This document shows, piece after piece, positions 15,869 to 24,178 of a DNA stretch of 40,146 nucleotides. The stretch comes from an uncultured Alphaproteobacteria bacterium (GTDB lineage Bacteria; Pseudomonadota; Alphaproteobacteria; CAAHEQ01; UBA3637). Where the stretch lies: assembly GCA_944391545.1 (NCBI GenBank), contig CALXTZ010000001.1, forward strand, positions 1 through 40,146, read 5' to 3'. The notes beneath the pieces are model-generated. The model was not told where the DNA came from, searched no databases, and was given only the letters and a program-made list of their open reading frames with translations. The number at the start of each line of letters is the position of its first letter. The first letter of the stretch is position 1. Made by a program: the position numbers and the translations under genes.

Positions 15869-16486
15869 TTATTTCAACCGCCGCAACCAATCAACGATTT
15901 TATTATGAACGGCGTCATCATAGGAAGCATTCACATTGTTAAACGACTCACCTTGCTGCAAAACCGCATGGCGCGCTTCTTGTTGAAAGACATCAAAGAA
16001 CCGTCCGAAGTTACTGCCTTGTGTCGAAAACGGAACGACTTTTTTGCCCATAAAATCCGTTTGTTGCAAAAAAGACAAAACAGGCGTCGATACGGTATAC
16101 CACCATACGGGCGAACCGACGAAAATCACGTCATATTGACTTAAATCCGGCGTATTTTGAACCAATTGCGGATACTGTTTGGTTTTCAACTGCTTTTTCA
16201 CATTCAGATAAAACCATCCCAAATCCAACGGTTGTGCGGTTTTGATTTCATACGTATCAGCCTGTGTCAACGCCGCAATTTGGTCTGCGATTGCCCGCGT
16301 ATGTCCGGTCAACGAATAATAAATAACGAGAACTTTTCCCAAATCAGACTGGTAGACTTGGCGAGGTCCTTGATACGGTTTTAATGCCTGTTTATTTCGT
16401 TCCGCGACTTGGAATAAATGATAAGCCCCCGCGGCAGCTCCGACTAAAACAATTATAAGAACAAGATATAAAAGACCCTTTAGCAT
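15869..16486 (-). CDS. Membrane-anchored flavodoxin-like protein
   Basis: The start is at MLKGLLYL, behind SD AAGGAG. It has an N-terminal TM helix, then VLVIYYSLTGHTR and GSPVWWY flavodoxin motifs. Confidence 0.8.
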   Translation of the reverse strand: MLKGLLYLVLIIVLVGAAAGAYHLFQVAERNKQALKPYQGPRQVYQSDLGKVLVIYYSLTGHTRAIADQIAALTQADTYEIKTAQPLDLGWFYLNVKKQLKTKQYPQLVQNTPDLSQYDVIFVGSPVWWYTVSTPVLSFLQQTDFMGKKVVPFSTQGSNFGRFFDVFQQEARHAVLQQGESFNNVNASYDDAVHNKIVDWLRRLK

Positions 16487-16529
16487 TTTTTTCTCCTTTT
16501 CTTCTAAATAAGAAGCCCGGCCTTTCATT

Positions 16530-17615
16530 TCAAGGCCGTTTCACCGTTATCAACGTGATTTCATTTTGCGTTCCGATGCGCGCCGGTAAACCGCCCCACA
16601 ACCCGGTGCCGTCGCTGACGTACAAAAAGCGACCGTCTTCTTGATATAATCCGCGCAAATATCCGCTGTTAAACGCTTTGGTAATCAAGTTTATCGGAAA
16701 CGTCATGCCGCCGTGCGTATGACCGGATAACTGCAATAAAACATCTTGTTGGGCGGCAGCCGGGAAAACGGCCGGATAATGCGCCAACAAAATCCGCGGC
16801 ACACCCAATTGAACGCCATCAAAAATTTCCCGAAGACGTGCATCCTGCCGTTTCGGATGATACCGAGCGCCCCATGTGCCGCCGCCCAAAGCAACCGTTT
16901 GTGCGCCAGAACGCAATAAAACATGCTTTTGATGTAAAACGGAAATCCCCATCTTTTCAAATGCTTCTTCCCACGCGTCCGGCCCATAATAATATTCATG
17001 ATTTCCAAAGACCATATAAACACCCAGCGCTGCTTTTAACTGCCCTAACGGTTCCATTTGGGGTGACAACTGATCGACCGTATTGTCAATGCTGTCGCCC
17101 GTTATAACGATCACATCCGGATGAAGTGCATTTGTTTTGTCGACGACTTGTTTTAACCATTTTTGATTAAATCCCTGACCGATGTGCAAATCGGTTAATT
17201 GAGCTATTTTTAACGGTTGCCAATCTGCCGGCAGATGATCGGATTCAATCAAGACTTCTTTGACAACCGGCAATGAGGCGGCATGCCATCCGGCATACGC
17301 GGCAGCCCCTAAACAAACAACGGCCAATCCGATCGCAACAGATGTCGTATGAACATGGAACAACCGCAACACATCCAGCACAATCGCTGCCAACAAAGCA
17401 TAAATCAACAACACCTGTGCGATTGAAAAAAGACGCCATACCCATTCCGGTAACAAATATCCCCATTGCAGAACAACGATCAGGTTAAAAATTCCCAACC
17501 CCAAGAAGAAAGAAAAAATCACTTTCACCCAAACCGGCACAGCCAAAACGAGGACAAACCGCGCTTCCACATAAGCATACAACATTGCCATCAGAGCCGT
17601 GATTATTCCCATCAT
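16530..17615 (-). CDS. Membrane-bound metallophosphoesterase (YkuE-like)
   Basis: N-terminal TM helices, then the calcineurin-like motifs DLHIG, GDSID, GNHEYY and SGHTHGG. Confidence 0.85.
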   Translation of the reverse strand: MMGIITALMAMLYAYVEARFVLVLAVPVWVKVIFSFFLGLGIFNLIVVLQWGYLLPEWVWRLFSIAQVLLIYALLAAIVLDVLRLFHVHTTSVAIGLAVVCLGAAAYAGWHAASLPVVKEVLIESDHLPADWQPLKIAQLTDLHIGQGFNQKWLKQVVDKTNALHPDVIVITGDSIDNTVDQLSPQMEPLGQLKAALGVYMVFGNHEYYYGPDAWEEAFEKMGISVLHQKHVLLRSGAQTVALGGGTWGARYHPKRQDARLREIFDGVQLGVPRILLAHYPAVFPAAAQQDVLLQLSGHTHGGMTFPINLITKAFNSGYLRGLYQEDGRFLYVSDGTGLWGGLPARIGTQNEITLITVKRP

Positions 17616-17626
17616 CTTAAAAGCTC

Positions 17627-18163
17627 CTAAACGTTTAAACCCATTTCATAAGCAGTTTGCATGGCAGGACTGCCTTGAATATCTCCGACCTGCCAGGCAC
17701 CCAATCCGTAAACGATTCCTTTTTCATGCGCATCCGGCAGGCAATCTTGCGTAAAAGCGCGAAACCCGTCAATGGTTTTTTGCATCATCGCCTGATCCGT
17801 ATCGGCTGCCGCCAAAATAAAATAGAAGTCTTTGCCGGCAATTTCCTCGTATCTGGGAACCGTTCGATCTATCAACGTCTTCATTTGACCGTCCATCGTA
17901 TAAAAATAAACCGGTGTTGCCATCACAATGACATCCGCTTCGACCATTTTGTTCAAGATGTCTTTCATATCATCTTTTTGAATGCATTGATGCGTTCGAT
18001 TGCACACGCCGCATCCCAAACAATAATTTATTTTTTGTTCGGACAATCTGATTTTTTCAACCGAATGACCGGCCGTTTGCGCGCCTTTCAAAAAAGCATC
18101 GCATAACGTATCCGAATTGCCGCCCTTTCTCGGGCTGCCTGACAAGATTAAAACTTTTTTCAT
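17627..18163 (-). CDS. NAD(P)H-dependent FMN reductase / iron-sulfur flavoprotein family
   Basis: ILSGSPRKGGNS nucleotide loop, and a CLGCGVCNRTHQC Cys cluster. Confidence 0.85.
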   Translation of the reverse strand: MKKVLILSGSPRKGGNSDTLCDAFLKGAQTAGHSVEKIRLSEQKINYCLGCGVCNRTHQCIQKDDMKDILNKMVEADVIVMATPVYFYTMDGQMKTLIDRTVPRYEEIAGKDFYFILAAADTDQAMMQKTIDGFRAFTQDCLPDAHEKGIVYGLGAWQVGDIQGSPAMQTAYEMGLNV

Positions 18164-18166
18164 GCG

Positions 18167-19294
18167 TTATTCTCCCGTCGCCCCGCGATATTCTTCGTCC
18201 GTAACGGGTTCCAACCAAGTGACTTGATTGGTATCGCCGTTCGTTTCCAAAGAGACATGAACAAACCAGCTGTTCGGTGCCGCACCGTGCCAATGTTCGA
18301 CGTTGGGCGGAATCCGAACAACATCACCTTTGGTTAAACGCCGTGCCGGTTGTCCCTTTTCCTGATAATAGCCGATCCCGTCCGTAACCAGCAAAATTTG
18401 GCCGCCCGAATGAGAATGCCAATTTGTCCGCGCAGAAGGTTCAAATGTCACATTGGCGATGGACGAACGCCATGTTTCGTCATACGGGCTCATCCGTGTC
18501 AGATACGTCGTTCCCGTAAAATATTGACTGTAAGGATTAACATCGCCTTGGCCGAATGTCGTTTCCACATCCGATACGTTACGCGTATCCGTCGTTCCTT
18601 CGGTTATTTCCGCCAAAATAACGCGTCCTTTTTGCGCTTTTTCCGCACCCAAATAGGATTCAATAATATCCAATGCCTGTTCCAGCTGTGCTTTGCTTAA
18701 CCCGACATTCATCCCGCCGGTCATATGCGATTTTAACATCGGCCGAACATTTCCGGTTGCCGCCAAGGCTGAAATCGTCGCCAATTCCCGATCTTCATAA
18801 GACAAAACACCTCTGCCGAAAATATCCGCAAACAAATGTTCTTTCAAAAACGTATCCGTTGCCGGAACCGCCACCGCATAAGGGGCTTTGCCTTTTTCCG
18901 GGCCGAACAGCGTTTCAACCGTTTTTTTGCCGTAAGCATATTTATCCGTATCCAAAGCCAAAGAAGTCGGCATTGTTCCTTGAGGATCCTGAATGCCTTG
19001 AGCTTCTCGTGCCTCTATTGCCGCAATCAATTGATTGATACTGCTTAAACTTTTCGGAAACCCGGTGTAAGCATATAATTGCAATAAAATTTCCTTAATT
19101 TCATTTTGTGTCAGCCCCGCATCCAGCCCTTTTTGAAGAGCTTGTTCCAACTGCGTCCAGTTACCGTCAGCCGTCAAAGCCGAAATCACAACGATTTGTT
19201 CTTGTTTTGAAGAGAGCGTATCCATTGTTTGTGCCTTTCCCGATAGTGTCAAAAACATGAGAAGTGAACAGAAAACAGGTATGATTTTTAACAT
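18167..19294 (-). CDS. Secreted carboxymuconolactone decarboxylase (CMD)-repeat / cupin fusion protein
   Basis: The start is at MLKIIPVF (signal peptide), behind SD GGGAGGG. It has two CMD-like segments (LYAYTGFPKSL; HMTGGMNVGLSKAQLEQ) and a C-terminal cupin (WHSHSGGQILLV...PPNVEHWHGA). Confidence 0.8.
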   Translation of the reverse strand: MLKIIPVFCSLLMFLTLSGKAQTMDTLSSKQEQIVVISALTADGNWTQLEQALQKGLDAGLTQNEIKEILLQLYAYTGFPKSLSSINQLIAAIEAREAQGIQDPQGTMPTSLALDTDKYAYGKKTVETLFGPEKGKAPYAVAVPATDTFLKEHLFADIFGRGVLSYEDRELATISALAATGNVRPMLKSHMTGGMNVGLSKAQLEQALDIIESYLGAEKAQKGRVILAEITEGTTDTRNVSDVETTFGQGDVNPYSQYFTGTTYLTRMSPYDETWRSSIANVTFEPSARTNWHSHSGGQILLVTDGIGYYQEKGQPARRLTKGDVVRIPPNVEHWHGAAPNSWFVHVSLETNGDTNQVTWLEPVTDEEYRGATGE

Positions 19295-19314
19295 ATTCCC
19301 TCCCGATTGAAAAT

Positions 19315-19360
19315 GAGTTAAACTCGAGTCATTTTTTAATTTACAACCTCGAGTTAACTT
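19315..19360. promoter_or_regulatory. Inverted repeat (putative operator) in the promoter region of the CMD-cupin/flavoprotein operon
   Basis: GAGTTAAACTCGAG (19315-19328) and CTCGAGTTAACTT (19348-19360) are near-perfect reverse complements, 19 nt apart, about 20-65 nt upstream of the start codon. Confidence 0.4.
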
Positions 19361-19530
19361 CAAGTCAAGTATTTTTTTATAAAATATTAATTTTTAAAAC
19401 AGACAAAAAATACTTATTACTTCCAATCTTTAATAAATACGAGAACATATCAAGCACAAACAAATTTCATTAAAAACTGTCGAATCACATGCATGATTCG
19501 ACAGTTATATGACATCATCCACAAAAAAAC

Positions 19531-20016
19531 CTAATCATCCAAATGCGCTTCAATAAACCACAAGTATTTATCTAAATCTTCGCTGGCTGCCGTCAAAATA
19601 TCCACCGTGTCCGGATCGGCTTTTTCTTCATTAACGACCTGACGAACCGCGTTGGCCACTTGAGCATAGCGATCTTTCAGTGCTTTCAAATGATCCTGCG
19701 TATCGGAAATATCCAACGGATACGGTTTAAACGAAACGGTCTCGACAATGACTTGCGGCGTACCGTAAGCCGTCCCGCCCAGTTGAACGGCTCGTTCTGC
19801 CAACTGATCGGCATAATCCAACAATTTTTCATTAAACGGATCCAACATTTCATGAACAGCGATAAAGTTTGGCCCTCGCATGTTCCAATGCGCTTGTTTG
19901 GTTACCAAAGCCAACGCCAAAAAGTCAGATAACATTTGGTTTAAAATCTGAATGCTTTCTTTTTTCTTTTCTTCATTATTTAAAGTCGGATGTAATTTCA
20001 TATTTTTCATTTTCAT
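19531..20016 (-). CDS. dps: Dps family DNA-binding ferritin-like protein
   Basis: [17 protein letters not shown] and a downstream DQLAERA ferroxidase motif. Confidence 0.92.
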   Translation of the reverse strand: MKMKNMKLHPTLNNEEKKKESIQILNQMLSDFLALALVTKQAHWNMRGPNFIAVHEMLDPFNEKLLDYADQLAERAVQLGGTAYGTPQVIVETVSFKPYPLDISDTQDHLKALKDRYAQVANAVRQVVNEEKADPDTVDILTAASEDLDKYLWFIEAHLDD

Positions 20017-20110
20017 GCTCCTTTCCTCTCATAGAGATGGCATAAAAACAGCTAAAAAGCAACCTAACCTTAGGTATTAAAAGAGGCCCGCCTGTCCCTT
20101 CTCGGCATAC

Positions 20111-20139
20111 AAAAACCGCCCCTTGCGAGGCGGCTTTTT
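20111..20139. terminator. Bidirectional terminator (A5-hairpin-T5) downstream of gene 20159-21022
   Basis: AAAAA CCGCC-CCTTGCGA-GGCGG C TTTTT. Confidence 0.55.
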
Positions 20140-20158
20140 AAGAATTAAACTCTTTTTC

Positions 20159-21022
20159 TTATTTAAACAATTTCAGCAAATTGAATTTAGCTGCCTTGGA
20201 TAAAAAGACCTTGCCGCAATAAGGACACTGCGTGAAATTCGCGGAAAGTTTTTTCGCAATCCACCAAACAAGGACAACAGGCACCAACAAAACAACCAAT
20301 ACTAAAACCGTCACGATCCATTTAACCCAGTTAAAATAACAATCCAAGTAGGACAACACCGAAGTCAACAGACCCTTTTTGGCTTGAGCCAGTTCTTGAT
20401 AAATCATCGTTGTCGCTTCGCGTTCTGTCTGTGTTTTAAAGCCGAAATCGCCTTTAACCAATCGCGCGTAAGCAGACGAGCTGATCCCGAGTTGTTTTTG
20501 TACCTGTGTATCCGCCAACCCGGACAATTCCTTTGTCAACGCTGCCTGAATATCGGTTTCCAACGTTTTTTGAATTTGTTCGATGGACGCCTGTAATTTC
20601 GCATTGGCTTTATCCAATTTTTCTTGCAGCTCCTTTGTTGAGTCTTCGACTTTATCCGCATTCTTAACGCCTAGTTTTGCCAACGCACCAGATACTTTGG
20701 CAACCTTTTCTGTCGTTTCGGTTACCTGATCCAACTTAATTTCCGGGACTTTGATTTGAGACGTATATTTTTGAATATCTACTTTTTGAATAACATCACT
20801 CGTCAAATTCGTGTATTGATTTTGCAACAAGCCGTTCAAAGCTCCGACACTTTTAACGACAGCAAATTCCTTTAATAAAACCGCTTGCGTCAGACAGACA
20901 TACATCACCGGCGCAATCACACACACCGTCCACGCCAAAATTAAAATTTTTGCAATTTTTTTCGGCGTTGATGTTTGTTTCAGAATTTTATATTCTTCAC
21001 CCGAAGTAGCTTTTTTAACCAT
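20159..21022 (-). CDS. Hypothetical two-TM coiled-coil membrane protein with a C-terminal CxxC
   Basis: 287 aa. It has an N-terminal TM helix, a long Lys/Glu/Gln-rich coiled-coil region, a second TM helix (WIVTVLVLVVLLVPVVLVWWI), then QCPYCGKVF. Confidence 0.6.
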   Translation of the reverse strand: MVKKATSGEEYKILKQTSTPKKIAKILILAWTVCVIAPVMYVCLTQAVLLKEFAVVKSVGALNGLLQNQYTNLTSDVIQKVDIQKYTSQIKVPEIKLDQVTETTEKVAKVSGALAKLGVKNADKVEDSTKELQEKLDKANAKLQASIEQIQKTLETDIQAALTKELSGLADTQVQKQLGISSSAYARLVKGDFGFKTQTEREATTMIYQELAQAKKGLLTSVLSYLDCYFNWVKWIVTVLVLVVLLVPVVLVWWIAKKLSANFTQCPYCGKVFLSKAAKFNLLKLFK

Positions 21023-21072
21023 TGTTCAGACTCCTTTCAATCAAGGAAATCATAACATACTCTTGTATGGTT

Positions 21073-22848
21073 TCAAGCCTTAATTTCTTCCGACATTTGA
21101 AATTGCGTCTGCATTTTCCATAACTTGGCGTATTTGCCTTTTTTCTTCAGCAAGTCGGCAGGCGTTCCCTGTTCGATAATTTTCCCTTTGCTCATCACGA
21201 CAATTCGATCCATTTCCCGCAACGTCGATAACCGATGCGCAATGGCAATCACCGTTTTACCTTTCATCAGTTTTTTCATGCTTTCCTGAATATAATGTTC
21301 GGATTCGCTGTCCAGTGCCGAAGTCGCTTCATCCAAAATCAAAATCGGCGCCCTTTTTAAAACAGCCCGTGCAATAGCAATCCGCTGACGCTGACCGCCG
21401 GAAAGCTTCACACCTCTGTCGCCGACCATACTGTCATATTTATTTTTCATTTGGTCGATAAACAAATGCGCATGCGCTTTACGACTGGCGGCCAAAACCT
21501 GGCGATCGGATACTTCGGGATTTCCGTAACGAATGTTATCCCACAAAGACCGATGGAACAAAGACGTATCTTGCGGAATCAATGCGATGTTTTGATGCAG
21601 GCTTTCTTGCGTTACTTGGGCAATATTCTGTCCGTCGATCAGAATCTGTCCGCCTTGAATATCATAAAACCGTTGCAACAAATTAACAAGCGTACTTTTT
21701 CCGCTTCCGGAAACACCGACCAACCCGATCCGCTCACCTGGTTTGATTTTTAAGTTCAGTCCATCGAAAACTTTTTTCCCGTCCCGATAAGCAAAGACGA
21801 CGTCTTTTAAAATGATTTCCCCTTTTTTGACTTTTAGTTTTTTCGCTTTCGGTACATCCTGAATTTCATGAGGCGTTGTCACCACGTATAATGCATTAGC
21901 CAAAACACCGTACGTTTTATGCCATTCCAACAATTGATGCACGAATTCGTTAAAAATCTGTCGAACATTTGCCGTCAACAGCAAAACAAAAACAATATCG
22001 CCCGGAGAAACTGTCCCCTTTTCCCACAAATAAATCGACAACAGAATCATTGTAAAATTAAACAGGCCGATGACCAGCAACTGGATCAGTTTATTGTTTT
22101 CTATTTTGGCAAGCAAAGTTTCGCCGGCTTGGCGCTGTGCATCCAAAAGCGGTTGCAATAATTTTTGTTCAAATGCGAAATGCGCAAAACTTTTCACCAG
22201 GAAACTGTTGGAAATGGCATCCACGACGGCACCGGATGTGTTTGCCATACATTCTGCATTTCGAGAAGCGTAATTTTTAATACGGAAAGACGATACAATC
22301 AAAACAACCGTCAACAATCCCATCCAAAAAACAAACAAAAGGGCGTATCCCCAATTAACCCACGTCAGCATACCGATAATAATCAACAGATTGACAACCG
22401 GATAGAAAAAGCCGAATAAAAGATCCCAAAACAATCGTAGGGTATAATCAGCCAATTGACCGACACGAGCCGCGATTTTCCCGCTTAATTGATCATTCAA
22501 AAAAGCCACCGAATGACCGAGGGCATAGGCCGTCGCTTCTTGGGTGATTTGCACGTCCAAAGAAGGCTCTATTTTTTGAATAAAGTAAAACGCCGTTCGC
22601 CGGACGGCGTTTTGAAGTAAATCAATGATGATCAATAAAAGAATTAAACCGCCGACAGCCTGCCAAATACCTTGTTTGTCCTGTGCAAACAAAACCATCT
22701 TGTCAATCATTTTAGAAAACAAAAAAGGATCCAATTTTTGCAAAAACAATCCGATTGCCAACAAAACGTAAACGGCAATCATTTTGCCTTTATAAAAACC
22801 GGCATAGTACAGGAAAAAACGAATGGGACTTTTCGGATAAACAGGCAT
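21073..22848 (-). CDS. ABC exporter, fused permease/ATPase (MsbA-like type I exporter)
   Basis: Six-TM N-terminal half, Walker A GVSGSGKST, signature LSGGQRQR, and Walker B ILILDEATS. Confidence 0.93.
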   Translation of the reverse strand: MPVYPKSPIRFFLYYAGFYKGKMIAVYVLLAIGLFLQKLDPFLFSKMIDKMVLFAQDKQGIWQAVGGLILLLIIIDLLQNAVRRTAFYFIQKIEPSLDVQITQEATAYALGHSVAFLNDQLSGKIAARVGQLADYTLRLFWDLLFGFFYPVVNLLIIIGMLTWVNWGYALLFVFWMGLLTVVLIVSSFRIKNYASRNAECMANTSGAVVDAISNSFLVKSFAHFAFEQKLLQPLLDAQRQAGETLLAKIENNKLIQLLVIGLFNFTMILLSIYLWEKGTVSPGDIVFVLLLTANVRQIFNEFVHQLLEWHKTYGVLANALYVVTTPHEIQDVPKAKKLKVKKGEIILKDVVFAYRDGKKVFDGLNLKIKPGERIGLVGVSGSGKSTLVNLLQRFYDIQGGQILIDGQNIAQVTQESLHQNIALIPQDTSLFHRSLWDNIRYGNPEVSDRQVLAASRKAHAHLFIDQMKNKYDSMVGDRGVKLSGGQRQRIAIARAVLKRAPILILDEATSALDSESEHYIQESMKKLMKGKTVIAIAHRLSTLREMDRIVVMSKGKIIEQGTPADLLKKKGKYAKLWKMQTQFQMSEEIKA

Positions 22849-23043
22849 GAAAAAGACTCCTTACGCTCGAGGATATCTTTTTCACGCCCGAAATGCAATT
22901 AAAATTTATTTTTTAAACGGCAACAAATTTAAGGGCGTTCACATCATCCAAAGAAAAGTTTTCTGACCGCGCTGTTTTTCCGACAATAAAAATCAAAACC
23001 GTCTTATAATCCCCTTCAAACGGTGTCAGTTAGCCTCTTTTCA

Positions 23044-23074
23044 AGCCCGAAACATACTTTTCGGGCTTTTTTTT
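23044..23074 (+). terminator. Orphan plus-strand rho-independent terminator
   Basis: AGCCCGAAA-CATAC-TTTCGGGCT (9-bp stem) plus T8. There is no plus-strand CDS upstream. Confidence 0.7.
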
Positions 23075-23075
23075 A

Positions 23076-23104
23076 TTGATTTTCGGCTTTTTTTCTTCTA
23101 TAAT
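23076..23104 (+). promoter_or_regulatory. Near-consensus sigma70 promoter of ssrA (TTGATT-17 nt-TATAAT)
   Basis: Hexamers at 23076-23081 and 23099-23104 with exactly 17 nt between them. The predicted TSS at about 23110 would give an acceptor piece of about 80 nt ending at the CCA. Confidence 0.6.
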
Positions 23105-23109
23105 GAATG

Positions 23110-23436
23110 CGTCAAGCAATTGACTATGATACTAAACGGGAAGCGAAATAAGCGTAGTGGACTCGGGGGCGGTACCCGACACCTCCACCAAATAAGAACT
23201 GGAATGTTTCGATGAGGGGGTGACATAGGTTCGACACGCGTAGTAAAGGCTTTTTCTTGTATCCGGCATTGTACCGCCGTTATCGGGCTGTTTATTAAAT
23301 GCGAATGATAATTTCGTTCCGGTCGCTCGCGCTGCTTAGTGCAGCCTAGCGGCAAATCAATCCCTTGGGCTATGAACGCTTAAGGTGGGGTTGGGGTTTT
23401 CCTAGCAACAGAAAAACCCCGCTTTTAACGGGGAGT
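23110..23436 (+). ncRNA. ssrA: Two-piece (circularly permuted) tmRNA precursor
   Basis: The acceptor piece ends ...TCGGGGGCGGTACCCGA CACCTCC ACCA at 23190. The coding piece starts GGGGGTGACATAGGTTCGAC at 23216 (GGGGGTG pairs with CACCTCC, with a G3:U pair). The tag ORF GCG AAT GAT AAT TTC GTT CCG GTC GCT CGC GCT GCT TAG encodes ANDNFVPVARAA* (23301-23339). AACGCTTA (about 23384) can pair with TAAGCGT in the acceptor piece. The outer boundaries are approximate. Confidence 0.85.
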
Positions 23437-23444
23437 TCTGCTTC

Positions 23445-23870
23445 ATGGGATATAATTATCAGGAAATCGTACAAAAAGCTTTTTTAAAAGTCGTTCAAGA
23501 CATTCTGACCGATGTTAGCCGAAACGGGCTACCCGATCCGCATCATTTCTACATCACTTTTTCCACAAAGCATCCGGATGTTCAAATGCCGGCGTTCTTA
23601 AAAGAGCAATACACCGATGAAATGACGATTGTTTTACAACACCAATTTCAAAATCTAACGGTTCAAGAAAATTATTTTGAAGTCGATTTGTCATTTTCCG
23701 GGCAATATACAACGCTTCACATTCCGTTTACATCCCTGGTTTCTTTTGTCGATCCGTCGGCTCAATTTGCACTGCAATTCTTACCGGCGCTTTATCAAAA
23801 GAAAGAAGGAAAACCGGTTCACGAAGAAGCCGAAGTCATTGACTTGAATGCTGTTCGGAAAAAGCAATGA
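23445..23870 (+). CDS. sspB: SspB-like ClpXP adaptor (alphaproteobacterial type)
   Basis: 141 aa. The N-terminal domain pattern VVQDIL...GLPDPHHFYITFSTKHPDVQMP...TIVLQHQF resembles stringent-starvation-protein-B family adaptors. The C-terminal tail is charged. Confidence 0.65.
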   Translation: MGYNYQEIVQKAFLKVVQDILTDVSRNGLPDPHHFYITFSTKHPDVQMPAFLKEQYTDEMTIVLQHQFQNLTVQENYFEVDLSFSGQYTTLHIPFTSLVSFVDPSAQFALQFLPALYQKKEGKPVHEEAEVIDLNAVRKKQ

Positions 23871-24073
23871 AAAAGAAATCCGTCGTTTTATTCGGCCATG
23901 CAACCAGCGTTTCTTTGGAAAACGAATTCTGGCAAGCGCTTCAGGACATCGCTGATAATCGGCAAACATCCGTCAGCGCGCTGATCGCACAAATTGACGA
24001 AAACCGAACAACAAATTTATCCAGCGCCATACGTGTCTTTATTTTAAAGCAGCTGCAAAATTCCAAAAATTAA
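23867..24073 (+). CDS. Ribbon-helix-helix domain protein (RHH_4-like)
   Basis: GHATSVSLENEFWQALQDIADNRQTSVSALIAQID...NLSSAIRVFIL matches the RHH_4 pattern as I recall it. Its start overlaps the sspB-like stop (ATGA). Confidence 0.75.
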   Translation: MKKKSVVLFGHATSVSLENEFWQALQDIADNRQTSVSALIAQIDENRTTNLSSAIRVFILKQLQNSKN

Positions 24074-24165
24074 TTTTTAATATTGAATTTTAATTTGAAT
24101 CTGCTCATAATATTTCTAATGCACAAGGAGGTACAGGATGCAGCTTTATTCAAACAACACGTTTA

Positions 24166-24178
24166 CCCCCCCCCCCCC
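24166..24178 (+). repeat. Homopolymeric C13 tract
   Basis: Counted directly: 13 consecutive C. The tract lies inside an 18-codon mini-ORF (24138-24194, SD AAGGAGG) and between -35-like TTTACC and -10-like TATTTT hexamers. Confidence 0.95.
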
